The position numbers were made by a program, and so were the translations under genes. Shown piece by piece: positions 21,501-36,200 of a stretch of DNA of 64,000 nt (position 1 is its first letter; every line of letters begins with the position of its first letter). The notes below the pieces were generated by a model. It did not search any database, had not been told where the DNA came from, and worked only from the letters and a program-made list of their open reading frames with translations. Source of the stretch: Amoebophrya sp. A120 (taxonomy: Eukaryota > Protista > Dinoflagellata); NCBI GenBank assembly GCA_905178155.1, contig CAJINV010000001.1, forward strand, positions 8,215,599 through 8,279,598, given 5' to 3'.

Positions 21501-24500
21501 TGCTCTCGCTGCTCGGCTGAGATTTGCGTGCTCCGAGAAGCGTCGGCGATCGTTCTCGCCTCCATTGCGACTTTAGCTGGAGAAAGCTCAGTCTTCAGCT
21601 TCAGTTCGTCACGGAAAAACGCTACCCACGCATCGTCGCGCCACGGATCTGGAAGAAGATCACCGGCATCGAGACAATCTTGCAAGAGCGGATCTGACGG
21701 GTTGTAGAAGTTCTCCACTTTTCGCAGATCGCCTCCTACCGCACTTCTAACAAAAGGGATGGACCCAATATGCTTTAGTAGGTCTACGATATGTTGGCGC
21801 AATGCCGCGCCCCGGGGAGACGACGGCCTGTACTTCTTGTAGTTGTCTCGTATGTACTGCAGCCAGCTTGCAAAATGAGTACGATCTTCCTCGACTTGAC
21901 TCGACCCCAGCCTCTCCAGTGCACCGGTGCTGATCAGTTTCTCCGTCACTTCCGAACAAAGCAACCCGTCGAAGCGCAATCCTAGATCGCTACTGTTCGG
22001 TGTGTGCTTGTAGACCTGGGCTTCGCGCAACTCACTGCCCACAGCTTGGATGAGACGTTCCTCTACAGTGGTCAGGTCCTTCGTCAGGAAAACGCACGGA
22101 TCGGGATCTTGATGCGGAGAAATATCTGTGGACACAAGAGGGGCGGAAGCGCAGACGCCCGTAATTCTCTCAAAAAGCGGAATCTCTCGTAAAGCCGGAA
22201 GCCACGCCTCTTGCGTCGCGTCACCGTGCGGCAGCTGACAAAGGTACTTCAGTAAGGCTTGCCGCTCCGTGCGGCTCACATCAAAGCTTATCAACCGCTC
22301 GCGAGCGCCGGCATCATTAAACAATCTGCACATCCCTTCAAGCGAGCTTGTCTTCTGTCTCCAACTCTCTTCGGGGCGAACTAGGAATCTGGTTCGCTCC
22401 TGGTTTTGTACTGGAGGCTCGAACACCTTGATCAAAATGTCCGCGATTCTTTTTCCGTCTGGAGTATTCTCCGTCAAGCACACGTCGTTACTTCGCTGCC
22501 ATGAAACAAGGAGCCGCGAGTGCTGCTCTGCATCTCCGTCCTGAGCCATGCCAGTTGCCGTGATGAGTGGAAGCGCCAGAACTTCATCGCACGTCAATAT
22601 CCGTGCCACCTCATCGATCAGCTCTTTTCGCACTGCCTTGACCCACTTCGACGTATCTGCCGTCGCACGCACGTAGCCAAAGTTTCGGAAGTGAGCGAGA
22701 TCGTCGTCATCGAAAACCAATTCCAAGCTGATATCCTTCACGTCTACCGGCTGCGTGATCCGTCCAAGTTCCTTGACCATATCAACCCTCCGGTACATCG
22801 CAGAGGCAAATCTTTCGCGCCCACGTGGCATAAAGTGAAGATCCCGGGCTCGAAAAATTCTTTCGTTTGGGTTGTGCAACCGAAGAGCCATGTCTCCGTA
22901 CAGGAGGACCGGAAGATTCCCAAGATCCACCTCGTCGTGCAATCCTGACCCGCTAGCAGGTTTTTCAGGGTTCTTCATAGACGCAAGCAATTCAACAATT
23001 GCGACGCAGTCCTGCGGATTTCGCAGAAGTTCGCAATGGGACATTGTGTCTGCGTCAAGAGCAATTGTGGCTTCACCTGTGGACGCGAGGTGCCTTCTTA
23101 AAGGCTCACAGTACTTCCGAAGCGTGTCCGCAAGAAAGTGAGGGGTCAACGGATTCCCACCGAGACCCTGCAACTGCTTCTGCACGCTTTGCGGAGCCAG
23201 GCAGATCGAAAACGACGGAATTTTTCGCAAAACTCGTCGATACAGCCCGAAATAATGCGTCAGCTGGCTTCTTGTTTCCTCTGCAAACCACGTGACGGCA
23301 TCGCAGTCGTAGACAGAAGTCGTAATCGGCGCCCAGTCAAATGATCCATCCGTGGCTGCGATCTCATTGCTAGCGTTTTCGCATGTCAGCTTCTCGATCT
23401 CTTTCAGAGTACGGGCCGCCGCCCGTTTCGCAAATTCCTTCAGGGTTTTCACGACACTTCTCCAGGTAGAATGATTGCTGTCTGCCTCGCCGATCGATGC
23501 TTCTGCTCTGCAAACTGCATCGCGAAGCTCGAGGAACAGCTTTTCTCGACTGCAAACCGTTTCCTGTAACTCCTCCTCTTCGATCTTTGCACAAATTTTG
23601 CTAACCTCAGTCAGTGCTTGGTGAGACGACAGCTGAGAAACATGAACTGCTGCTCGCGTTAGCGGATGTTGGCCAGAACCACTTTGGAGGTGCTCGGTTA
23701 TGCACTCGCGGTCGAAGACATTGTGGCGCTCTGTTGTGAAGTACACAAGATCCGTCGGAAAATCCATGGAAATGGGGCACGTCACTTCCTTTGCAATAAG
23801 CTTGAGCACCCGGGCCTGGTCGAGGAAAATCCTTGTCTCCTTGAGCTCTGCGTCGCTGGAAACCTTTCTGGACACTGGCACACAAGGAACCTCGTGGTCG
23901 CACAGATACTTGATCGACTCGACAGCCAACTGTTTCCAGAAGGCTCCCGAGGAACTGCCCCTAGGGTAAGACTTCGGAACCAAGTCTCGCAACGCAGAAA
24001 TCACTCTCGCCTGCGGCTGGTGTTCGGTCCGAAACCGTTCCAATTCCATTTCACGAGACTGCGAAGCACCGAGCTCCACCTTTTTCGCCTCTAATGCCCT
24101 AGCGTATGTGGAAAAGTCCTTCATCTGCAGATCTTCGAAGTACGCGAGGGATGCGAGGAATGCGAAGCACCAGCACTGCTGCACCACTGACTTCATCAGC
24201 ATTTTGTTCCACCCAGTCTTTTCATCGATCTGAAATTTCGTGCGACTCGACACCAGGTGCCAGTGTGCGTTGACAAAGCAATCGCTACATTGATCGTCGT
24301 GGCCCTCGATCTGGAGTTCGCGGAAGCAGAAGAATCGATTGCGCCAGTGCGACTTCGAGTATCTCCCGAATTCCGGGTCACCGAGAAAGTACTCGCTTAC
24401 TAGCGTTGTCCTTGAGGCTGCAGTGGACCCGACCGCACGCGGGTTCTGGCTTCGGAAGGCCATTCGAAGTGGAATCATGACGCCCCCGATCGGCAGAACA

Positions 24501-27500
24501 GCGTATTCGGTTTCTTTTTTGTGGTTCAGGGCCTCCCGCAAGCACTCGCCGTTGTAGAAGAGAGCTTGAACGAAATCGAGCTCCGAAGGATGGTGCTCCC
24601 CGTTTCCTGCAACTCCACTGTGTGCTGTAGTCGCCGACAAATTCCGCAACTTCATGGTCGAGAAGACCGCGCACTTTTTTCCGAATTTCTGCAAGAACGC
24701 AGCTTGCGCGGTTTCGGAATCATCACAGTGGCCATGCGGTGTCTGATCGTATAGTTCGGCGGGGCTCCGAAGCACTGTGAGATTCTCGAAAAAATCGGTG
24801 TGCCGCATTTTATCTCGGACCTGAGCCGCGACCCCATCTTGTAGGTCTTCGAAAGTTTTTTTCCAGTCCCAGAGCTTCACCAATTCCCCGGAAGATTTAA
24901 TGTTGTAGATGCGGTAGCGCCGCAAGTACTTGTCGAAGAAAAAGAAGGCCTGGGGATGCTCCCCGATTTTCTGCAGCGCTTCCAATAACTTTGCCGCGTC
25001 AGCGTTTTTCGCTTTCCCGAGCTCGTCGTCCTTTGTCCGCAGGGGCAATCGAAACACCGTTCCCGTCGGCAGATCGTCAATTTTCCCTCGCAATTTCTCG
25101 AGGGGCGCCATGTGACCGGGCCAGAACTGCTGCACTTTCTGTACGGGGTACTTCACTCCCGGCCTCGATGTTTTCAGACGCTCCTTCGCAACTCCAATCC
25201 TGCAAGGGTCCAACGCGCAGAAATGGTCCGCCGACCAAAATTCTAGCTGGGGGCTAAGAATGAAGTTATTGGCCATACCGATTCCAAAGCGTCCGTCCGA
25301 GTCAAACTGCGAGCGCTTCTTGGAGGCACCGAATTTCGTAATGTTCGCGAAGTCGCTGTCCTCGAATACCGAGCTGCCGCAGATAAACACGCTGGCACCG
25401 CTACCCAGCTCGTCGATGCGCCCTTTTGCCTCTGTGCCGCTCAACTTCCGCTCATCAAGCACAATGCAGATTTCGGACGCTTTTTTATCATCGAAATTTT
25501 GCGCATGCTCGCGCACTATCGTCTCCAGGTCAATAGAGCCAGAATAATCCTCAATCGTTCGACGGAGATCGGAGACAAGATCCGCGACTTGTCCGTAATT
25601 TTCGCTTGAAGATGAAGCTGCTTCGAACAAGCCCAGGTCCATAACCTCGTCTAACTTTCGCACGCCGAGAGCAGAGGCGGTCTCGGGACTAACACTTTTG
25701 TGAACCTCGAACACTTCGGTGTCCACAGACGGGCACGCCGCTGCCACTCCTGGAGGCGCGCCCCAAAACGTCTCAGACCCGGGACGAAGCTTGTTGTCCT
25801 GACAAAGCATCGGAATGTCCGGCGCGACAACTTCGCCGTTCTGCTGCACATTTTCCCCGAATTTTGCGTACAAGTGAGCTAGTTCTGTCTGCTCGGCTTT
25901 CGAAAACCCTGCATCCCTGCCTCTTCCACTTGAGTGAATTTGCTCCATATTGACTTGCCGTTGGTACAGAAGTCGCAGAACGCCCTCAAGCTGTTTCGAT
26001 GTGCACTGGTGGGTAACGCCGAAAAGACCGCCCCACACTAATCTGTCACTTTCAGGGACGCCACAGATTGAGTAAAGGTGTGGCCGAAAATTTAGATCAG
26101 AAAGGCTGCAATTTCCTGGGCACGCCAAGGCATTCGTGCCGTCCCGTTCCGTCACTGGAATGAACTCCAACATACTGAATTTGCTGACGCCGCAACTACT
26201 TGCGATTTGACTCATCGGGACGCCGTGGTGCACGGCCCTGGTGATCTGGAACAGTGAACTCATCCGTTCACTGTGATCGAAAAACTCCGTGTACAGGTTG
26301 CTGGATAAAAATGAGTACAGCAGGTCGGCGCGCAGATGAACTTGAAGGCCACTACCTCCCACGACGTGCCGGATTAATGCAGCAGTAGCTTTTAACGTCA
26401 TGTTTTGGACGACGAGATCTGTAGGTGAAGAGATTGAGACCGCCGCCTGATCACACATCCGCTTCAACGCGCAGTCCAACTCATGGTCGTGCAAGAAGTG
26501 TCTAAACGGCTTCTGCCGGTGGACCGCATCAATAACACTGTCATCCGCAGCAGCAAAGCTGCTCTGTGGCAAGAAATTCTCCAAGTCACGATGTTGTGCA
26601 GGCCGCAGTAGCTCTTGTGGTGAAACGAATTTCGACCTGCCATCTTGTCGACGCGTTTCCAAGACAAAATTGCGAGGCAAGACGATGCCACAGCTGTCCA
26701 CGGATTGTAAAATCAAGTGTAGAACCGTTCTTACCGTCGGCAAATAACTGGCATTTCCATTTGCTTGACCGAGTTGACAATGCCTTGTTTTTTTTTGTAG
26801 CAGTTTCGTCTCGTCCTTCAATAGTACGTACGTTTAGCTGTTTCACACGTTGTTCTTTGTTTACTGACACATCAAAACTCACTCCGTGGAAACGGGTCTT
26901 CACGCTTTGTGATTTGCTGGGATCAGGTATTATCAGTAAAAAAAGCTCAGGTACCTGGGAAAAAAAATTTCCTCCGCAAACTTCTTCAGGCTCACTGTGG
27001 CAAGGTCCATCAGATCCAAGAGGTTCTGTCTATGCTCGATCGGTGGCTGAAAGATGGGCTTGTCCTGGCCAAGCAAGACAAAGTCGGAGCGCAGCCCCGA
27101 ATCTTGCGCGACGCCCTTGCTTTTCCCCTTTCCCTTCATTCGAAGGCGAGCTGCCGCAGCGTCTTCCTGGAGTTTAAAATGGAGGAAATGATACTTGGCA
27201 CCCGTGGTCTCTTCGATAATCTTTCCAGAGCTGTCAACATCGGCACTTAACGCAAGACACGCACGCGGCTCAAAAACTCCGATCCTTCCCATCGCACCGA
27301 CAACTGGCAAGACTTGGGTGCACTTGATTTTCTCCTTTAGGGCGTGCAAGAATAGCACCCATTCTTCTTTTTTGATGAGCTGCGCCGGATCCGGAAAGTA
27401 ACTCCAAAACCGGCGCATGTCATTCGTAAGGCCAATTTGTAGCTGCTCCTTAGCCATCGCCGTTTTCTTCAGTCTATTTGCTTCGGTTTTCAGAGCATGA

Positions 27501-29554
27501 GCAACCAGTTCCGGGAGAGCTTCGCCAACCACAATTTGATTCCATCTCGCCCGGGCGTCTTTCCTCTTTAACTTCACGTGCTCCGCGATGTTTTCTGGAA
27601 AGTACAAATTCTGGCGGTTCTCCAAAACCGCAAACGAGGCATTGAGCTGGAAGGGCAGCCCTGTTTTCGCAAGCGGCAAAGGCAAGAAGTTACAGACAGC
27701 CGATTCAAAGGAGTTGTTGTCCAATCTGAACGCGACCCCGACTATTGGCAGCTCTCTTGCTTTGGTAGCGGCTTCCACTCGCTCTTCATCGGTCAAAACT
27801 TCGAAATATACCAGTGCTGAGACACTGTACTTCGTCGCGCCGGTGTAAGATGATACTTCAGGTCCAGCTCCAACCGTATTTGCAGGACCAAGTTCTTTTA
27901 CTTCAGCGGTGTACTTGAAGGACTTCACTCCCGTAAAGTTGTTTTCCGCAGCCCACTCGCTGTCAACCGCCTCATGGAGCTCATCGTAAGTCTCGAAGTT
28001 TTTCAACGCCGCGAAGACATCCGCGTACGTGCAATGCCCCCGGCCTCGGAGGGAGCGACCTCCACTACTCTCTCTGCTTGCGGATGCGCAGCGGCCTGAC
28101 GACGAACCATCCTCCAGTCGTTGGCGTTTCGGAGACGAGGACATCGGGCGAGAAAGACTAGTACCATGAGCAGTAGCTTCAGTTCTTTGCTTTCCCGCTC
28201 CTGTGTCAGCTTCTCGCGGACTCAGATTCTCGACATTTTCATGTGCGTCACCGTGGTCGTCAGGTTCATATCTGAAAGTCGTTTCCAGGTTCCAGCGACC
28301 GGAGCATGCAATCGCCAACCGCTCCAATTTCATCGGCGCATGCAGGAGACGCTCGGCCATCTTCTTCGGCATTTCACGCAGGAATTTCTCTTCCTTGTCC
28401 ACCTGCAGACAGCCGAACTCCGCAAATGCTGACGCATGACTATCCTTGCGAAGCGGTAAAATAAAGCGCGTCCCTCTTCTCGCGGAGGGCAGGAGCAGGA
28501 CTCCTTCCGCGGACAACAGCTCCTCTGCGTCAACCAGCGGGACCCAAATCTTCTCATGGAAATCCTTGCCAAACCTCACTGCCATTTGACTCTTGCCGAG
28601 TTCCCGAAGACGTTGCCGGTCCTTCTCCTTAGTCAAGTCGTGGAGAAAAGCCCTGTCCGCCACAACCAGCTCTAGCGGGTCGGTTACGTACACCATGTGG
28701 CCAAACACCAGGACAATAACGTCACTGAAATGGAAGAAAGACTTCGCCCCACATCCTTTGCTGCCCAAAGTGGTTGGCTTGTCGCTGTTTGTGGAATTGA
28801 TAAGTCACACGAAAGATCCAGGTCTACCTCGATCGCGTTCGGGCGAACCACGCGCAATGAACCAATTGTGATTCCGCTTCCGAACGCGTGAGCGCTCCAA
28901 GTACAGCCTGAACCTGTAGGACAGTAAACAATAATGAGTCAAGCTTCCGAGCACGGAGTGGGAAAAATTTATATATACTTACCCCTTTCCGCTGTCCTTG
29001 ATACGTTCCCAGCTGTCGAGATCCCCCAGAGTGAACTCTCCGTCGTTCCAAACTACGAGGCTCGCGTCGTGCAACTCCATGCTGAATTCGCGAGCACCGG
29101 CATCAACAGGAAAAATCCCCCCTCCCCATATCAAAACGAAACTGCTGATGCTAGATTTGCGTACACAAATCCGATTTGTCTTGCAGTAAGGCAGCGCAGC
29201 CAGATCCTCGGCCTAAGTAGGGGCGTTCGGGTCTAGTTGCTTAGCATTACAAACGGCTGTCCCCTAGGCGCAACAGCATGCCAAATCGGTTCCATAATGG
29301 TATCGAAGCTTCTGCGCTTGTTTTCTTGCAAGACAGACGCGACTTGTGGTCTCAAATCAGCAACACAAATTTTCGGAAACATACTTTTTCGATATGGGGA
29401 GGGGGGATTTTTCCTTACAATAGCCGGCATCCGACGCGTTCTGGAGAAACTCCTGGAGCACATTTTCAACCGTGCCCGGGTAATCCCGAAGAATTCCGGC
29501 TATCTGCTTCCCCAACGAGGGGACCTTCATGCCCTGACCAATATCATACGACAT
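18512..29554 (-). CDS. Sacsin-like protein (two HATPase-like sacsin repeats, U-box, DnaJ, HEPN), spliced
   Basis: Repeat 1 reads ILRDYPG..VLQEFLQNASDAG|AREF..LVVWNDGEFT..GSKGCGAKSFFHFSD after removing 29101-29427 and GT-AG intron 28785-28982. Repeat 2 reads ENYGQ..TIEDYSG..REHAQNFDD..DGRFGIG. U-box: TCPISMDF..FDRECI..HPLTR. J-domain: LIVHWHPDK. HEPN-like C-terminus: FDSACYYAFSAVHKLLLG. The exon structure around 26580-26960 is only partly resolved. Confidence 0.85.
29101..29422. mobile_element. Introner family B (322 bp) in the sacsin-like gene
   Basis: TIR core AGGAAAAATCCCCCCTCCCCATATC at 29108-29132, inverted at 29391-29415. Direct repeat ACCGG/GCCGG. Excision gives QNASDAGAREF in frame. 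Confidence 0.92.
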
Positions 29555-30142
29555 GGTGACGACGCGGGAAAACGAAAACGAAAAGGGGGTCCAAGTGGTA
29601 GAGTCGTAAATGTAAAACGCAAGTTTATGGAATGGGGATATCGTTAAACGGAAGTGTATCTAGTCTTCGAACAACTCGTTATATCAAGTAGGCGAAAATC
29701 GTTATGTTGTTCACTGAGCAAGTGATGGTTGAACAACATGCGTGGAAAACACTCCGAGAAAGGAAGCAGAACCTTATGCGATCCGAGAAACGTAGTGAAG
29801 TCCAACCAAGGAAGGATCATCAATAAAAAAAGAATGGCACCGCTCCTAGAAGACCTTGACCAATTTTTGTACTGTCTTTCTTGAGCACCGCTCGTAAAAG
29901 ACTTTGACCAATGTATGATCATTTCTGTTGGATCCCAAAGAAAAACGCTTCCAGATTTTCAACAGGGTGATTTTTGATCTGTGATCACATCGCCTTAATC
30001 AGATCCAGTTTTACTTTACATCAGTGTGCATCCGAGAACTCCTCCGCGGCCGCCATAGCAGTTTCGTGTCGACAAGTAGCACACCGGTTTGACTCCCATT
30101 CGCGGAGCTGACCCACTCCCAGAGCGAAACTAGCGAACGATT

Positions 30143-31273
30143 TTACAAATTTCGCATCGCGCGTTGAATGGCACTGCCATACGAAAACTGATCTTGTTCA
30201 TTTCTAGCTCCACTTCCCGAAACCTGTTGAATCTTACATTTGATTCGACTGCAGCCGAGCTGAAGGATGTCTTGGTCCAAAACCTCGTGCGCGCCCGACT
30301 CCTCGCGTTCCGCCGAAAGGCGGCAACTGGTGCCGTTGCTGCTCCCGAGGTCCGTCAGTGTCCAGGAGCAGGGCGGCGAGTATTCGATGACCGCATGCTG
30401 GCCGGAAAGCGTCGAGTCCCCGCTCAGCGCGGGCAGGTCGGCAGACAGGTATCAAAAGTAAAAGTGTCCGGGTCTGGAAGATTGCAACTTGTGATGCTAA
30501 CTTTGGACGCTAAAAAAATCTGTATTGCATGACCAGCAAAAGGAGTCCAGTTTGTGCTACGCGGACAAGGGATCTCTCATGCGGAAGGCGCATCAGGAAG
30601 CCCTCTAAAAGTATGTGATGCTAGGTCATGCATTACAGCCATCATGGGTCATGAGAAATATGCATGACAAATCTCGCAATCTTCCCGACCCAGACAACAT
30701 TGTTGCATTTGATAACAGGCGGCCGAGGACAAATCTCCCCGCCCCCGCGGGCACGGCGATTTGCTTCCCGGAGACCGGGCCCTCGTAGAAGAAGAGCTCG
30801 CACTTGTCAGAAGTGAGTTCGCAGACCACGAATTCCGACTCGCTAAGCCGGAGAAAAAGCCCCTTGAAAAGCGCAAACTCGCACTTCGGTTTCAGGAACA
30901 GGAACGTCCCCGTGGTACTGCCGAGGTCTTTCACGAAAAATTTTGTGACGCTGGGTCCCGCCCGTTCTTGCTGAGGTGCTCTGAAGGGATCAGAAGGTGG
31001 TCCCCCTTCCGTCTCGCTGTCAGCATCCGCTCCTTCCGCGGTCGTTTTGCTGAAGAAAACGCAGTGCAATCTGCTTACGCCAGACTCTGGGATTACGAGC
31101 GTGTTTCCGGCGGCGTTTCTCCCAAGCCGACACTCTGCACCATTCGGCTCGACGATGCGCGTGGCGCCTTCCGAACACCCGTCCACCACAGTGAGGGACA
31201 AACAGTACCTGCGCTCAAACTGATCTTCGCTGTTTCTGTCAATGCCGGATGTCGTACCAGAGGACAACATCAT
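30143..31273 (-). CDS. Double FHA-domain protein interrupted by an introner
   Basis: FHA1 reads LGRNAAGN..SGVSRLHC..VKDLGSTTGTF. After removing 30450-30719, FHA2 reads VLGR|LSADLPALSGDSTLSGQHAVIEY..LTDLGSSNGT. TAA lies at 30143-30145; an extra 3' intron is possible. Confidence 0.88.
30450..30714. mobile_element. Introner (265 bp)
   Basis: Imperfect ~45-bp TIR (TATCAAA..GTC(C/T)GGGTC(T/G)GGAAGATTGC). Perfect direct repeat ACAGG at 30445-30449 and 30715-30719. Excision is in frame. Confidence 0.9.
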
Positions 31274-33231
31274 TTATTCGCCGCAACTACTGTCAATTTT
31301 TCCGGCTTATTTCGCTTTCGCAACCGCAAGGGCGAAAGATAAAAAAATTTCAGCAAAAAACAACGTCTGTGTACGAAGTTGTTCCTATTCCTAATACCTA
31401 GCCACGGGATCGATAAGCGCAAAGGCGCCACAACAGAAGAAACAAGGATGGAACGAAACGACTATAAAAAAACTTCACTCTGCAATTTGATGGTCACTGG
31501 AAGGCTTTCGCTGTTGTCACGTCTCCAACTTTACGACGAAATTCTCTCGCGAGTTTTCATCCAACAGGAAAACTCTTCCTTCAGTGCCCAATCTTCTAGC
31601 ACCTCTTCGGCCTGTACTAATTGACAAAGCTTGATAAGTATTGAGCAGCAACTAAACGAACATTATTTTTCCGTCCAAAAAGGCTGCAGCTGTGGACACA
31701 GCTTTTCCTCCTGCGACACAACAAAGTCTGACATTTTACGTGGTTTGGTGGTTAGAGTAGTTGCTGCCATTTTTCCCATGATCTTCTGTTCGCCAAGAAG
31801 TGCGTTGATTTGATGCTCCGCGGTAATATTCTCGTCATACACCTAATCGTGGCGTGCAAAAGGCTATTTTCAGAGTTTCGCTTCCTGCTCGTGGATATTC
31901 GTTTGCAGGCGGTTCTCTTTCCCTTTAAATTTCAGACTCTGATGTTCATTTGCGACCCTCCTTGTGTTGCTAAATCTAGTCTGCTCTTGTGTACTAGAGT
32001 CCCATTGGACCTCTTCCTATCCCAGGTCGCCTCCTCCGATGTACTACATCATGCTAAGTACTATGCTGCCTCGACGTACAACATTCGCAATGTTCTTAGC
32101 TGCAACACACGATAAAATTTACGCCGGCTGCGCTATTGTAGTAATTTACGGGGGCTCTTGTCGTGGTTTTACATCATAGAAGCTGTCATGGTGAGAATAG
32201 CGTAGCTAATCTTTTTTGGTCGTGTTCAAAAATAGTTGGTGATGACCAGAATCACTCCTAAACATCTGGAAGAAATTTTGGTCGTGTTAGAACGACTAGA
32301 CTCTTCTCATTCTCCTTCGTTTTCGACTTCGTCCAAATCCCAATGCCTCTGTTACAATTTTTAATCGTGCAGGGGATCATCAAAATACGCGGTCATGCCC
32401 AAGCATAAGTTGGAAAAATTAAAATTGATGTAGCAAAATAAACCATGTGTTGTTCATCTTATGGATTGCCATCAACATCTCCATCCAACTAGTAGTAGGC
32501 CGTCGGTGAGAAAATCAGAAACTAGCGGTACTATATCTCGTTCTTGTTTTCCTTTTTCGCTTCGGTATAGCATATTTCCTTTCTTCTTTCTCTATGGCTC
32601 GAACCATTTGATGACGCTGATGTGATTGATGTTCTATAGTTCTTGGTCTCAAACAGGCGGCGATGTATAGTCTATCTGCTGGAAAAGAAAATAGTCACAG
32701 TGTTTTTCAAAAAAAAACCTGTTACCTTTTCTTGAACTGTTTTACGGAAAGGATGGACGAAGATTGTAAACCAAACTCTGTCCTCGTCCCCTCGTTTTTC
32801 TACTGGGATAGGTTTGTAGTTGACGCATAATTGTTTATTGTTTCACTCTAGTTCTAGTATACAATGTGAGCTTGTACAACCAAAAGTCTGATTCAATTCA
32901 TCGATTCTGCTCGATTTGATGTGTTGATATAGTCTGAAAGTAAAAACAATGCACACGAATGATCTGCTGATTGACGAGTAAAAAAAATCATCTTGGCAAC
33001 CAATAAGTAAAATCGCTCCACCGCTATAGAAGTTCTTGTATATATGGTTTGATATTCAATAGATCGAGTTTCGACAAGGTTGATAAAGTAAAACTAGGAT
33101 TTTGTTCGATTTTTCCTACTACAAAACGTATACTCTGGTGTTTTCGAAAACCATCAGTTTTCGAAATTCTAATTTCAACGACGGATTTGAAACGAACGTA
33201 ACATTCAAACCGTCTGATGATAGATAATACT

Positions 33232-36200
33232 TTATCCATGCTGCTGGCCGCCGTGCGCCATGACATGCTGCTGATTCGGATCCATGCCCATTTGTTGCTG
33301 CGCATTGGTCTGATTCACCCCCATTTGCTGCTGACCGTCGGCTGCGACTTGCGCGTGCTGTGCGTTCTTCGGGTGCACGGTACAGTAGTTCCCGGGAAAG
33401 TACCCCTTGTTGCCCAGGTTTCCGTGGCTCGCGTCTTCGAGAACGGATCCGATCCACCAGCCGCAATCGTGGCGGTCCTCCACTATAATCGTCTGCTCCG
33501 GTTGGAAACTAATATACGGTCGGGTCGTTTCCGGTTTTGTGTCGAATGGGTATCTGTGGTGTGAAAGAAAATGATTCGCTATCAATCGGGAAAAAAATTG
33601 AAAAATCTTTTTCAAGGATCATGCTATGTCGATAGTTAGATGTATGCCGCTGCCAAACCGCAACAAATCTTTGAGGGACTCATTCAGTCATCCCTGCCGC
33701 CGATGCAAAGCGGCTGTGACAATTTCGGATGTACAAAGCTTCGCTGGCTAGAAATTGAAATACGCAAAAAAGATGTCGACGGAAAACATTAAGGGGTATA
33801 ATAAGTACACTGTGGTGACGAGGTCGAAATGGCAGCAGCTCGTGGGAAACCAGCCCTGCTGCTGAGTGGCAAGATCTTTTCCGAAGCTCCATCCGCTGCC
33901 GTTGCTGTCGTACAGAATCACTTCGATCTGCTGATTGAGGTCTGGCGGGATCGCCAAAAACTGTTGGCCTGCGTTGTATTGCTCTTGCTGCGGGGAGTAC
34001 GGGAGTTGCGGCTTGACCTGTACAGGTTCATATTTCATTCTTCCACGACTGCACGAGATCTATTCATTGCAACTTCTGTTCTTTTTCGGCCCGTTGCTGA
34101 AGGACAAAAACTACCGGTTCTGACTCCTGCAAATATACTTCACAGTTCTCGTGCAGGTGCATGCAAAAAAAAAAAAATGAAAAAAAACATCAAGGTCAAT
34201 GGACGGAAGCTTGTACTGTGATGCGCTGCAGTTGCTCTTGTGCAGGTTGGGGCTGCTCATACTGCTGCTGATTGTAGTGGCCTTGTTGTTCGTGTGCCTG
34301 CGGCTGCGCCTGCTGGTTGTAATACCCAGAGTAGTGCTGTTCGTAACCTGAAATTAGTTGGAAGCAAACAACAATAGAAAAGCAGCAGAGCTTTATTTCG
34401 CAGCGTTCAAACGGATAAATGAGATGAACTTGAACAATTCGTAAGATGCAATAAAAAACTCGACGCCCGGTTCAGCCATCAGCACCAGGATCAACAATCG
34501 ACTGCATCAATTAAAGGAAAACGAACACATGAAGTCTGACCACAAGAAGTCCGATTCTACTTGCTGATGATCGATATAGTACCCTGCTGCTGCAGCTGCT
34601 GCGGTTGTTGGTGCGCCTGTCCTCCCTGCTGCATCTGCTGCTGGCCTTGCATGTGCTGCTGATGCTGCTGCGTTTGGTCGTAGCCTGCATTCGCCTGGTG
34701 TCCATTTGGGTCCATCAAACTGTTCCAGCCCGACATGCGGTCCGGACTGCTGTAACCGTTGTTCATTCGTGCCTGATCGTGCTGCTGGTTGTACTGCTGC
34801 TGAGCGGCGTTGTTCATCTGTGGGTTCACATTTTGCTGTTGGTTCACCGGCTGCATCGCATTCTGTTGCTGCGCAGCGGCCACCTGCTGTTGAGAAACCG
34901 GCTGCTGTTGCTGCTGCTGAGAAACGACCTGTTGTTGCTGCTGCGCTTGCTGCTGCTGGACAGCGGCCTGAGGTTGCTGTTGCGCCTGCTGCTGCATTGC
35001 GTTCGGCTGTTGCTGTTGACCCATGTTAGTGGCAGCACTATTGTTTCCACCTTTATTTGCGTTGGAAACCTGCTGTTGAGAAAGTTGCTGCTCTTGCTGT
35101 TGGGAAGCTTGCTGCGCGTTCGAAGCACGGTCCTTGTGGAAGGGAGAAGTCGATTGCTGAGTATTGTTGTAGGAAGATCCTCCGTTCGCGGAAGCGCCCT
35201 GTTTTGCGCCAGCTTGGTGGTAAGTATTCGCAGAACTGTTGTTGCCGTTGGTGGCTGCAGAACTATTGTTGTTGCCCCACCCGTTGCTGGAGGTGTAATA
35301 GTCTTCTTTAGCGGAGCTGTCAGCCGTCGTCGTGACAGAGCTGCCGGTCGAAAGATCCTTGGTACTCGACGCCTTCGTGGAGTTTTTCCCTGAGTAACCG
35401 TCCGTTTGCGTCGGACTTTTCGCTGCCGATTTCTTGCCACCTGTTGCAGAAGTTTGTTTAGGTGAAGATTTATTTAATGGTATTTTTCTTACCGAGATTC
35501 TTCTACGTTGCCTCTTCATTCTGCTTCTCTCGCATGCATCAGAAACCCTTCATCCATTGAGAATATTTCTCACAAGCAGGAGCTTTACTGTGAAGTTGTG
35601 CAGAAGTAGGAGTAGCTAGCTTTGGAAAACTATATAGTATATACCTTTTCCAGTGGTCGTTGGCTTTGTCGTCTCCGGTGCGGGTTTTTCTGCTCTTTCC
35701 GGAGGTTTATCTGGTTCCTGCGTTTCCTCTGGCTCCTCGACGCTGTCGGATGCGGTCGATAACGTTTCTGCACCTACTTTGCCGCTCCTGAAATTAATCC
35801 ATGGATGCGTTTGATTATATACGTAAATTTCTTTTTGTTTTATTGGCTCCGCTTTCAATTCGTAATTTGTATCTTTTTACCATTTTTTCTGAAATAAATG
35901 ACCGGTCAAAAACTCAATGCGCAGAACCGTCCACGCATTCGTTTGTTGTCGTTCATGAAAAGTTGCAGATCATGTTGAAAAACACCGCAAATAAATGCAT
36001 ACTTGCTAGAGCCCTTGGCATCTTGGTCCGGGTCCGCTTCGACTCCCTCTTCAAGCAACTTATCCAATGCTTTATTGACGTCCCAACCGCAATTGCCACT
36101 GTTTTTTTTTTTGAAAAACATCAGACTCAACATCATTTTTCCGACCTATTTCTGCCGAAATCCAACAGAAAAAGATTAAGATTAAGAAGTTAAAGTTGGC

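Noticed and set aside
33030-33225. Weak inverted similarity (GGTTTGA...TCAAACC) downstream of the SH3 gene
   Set aside because: The match is too short and no 5-bp direct repeat could be placed.
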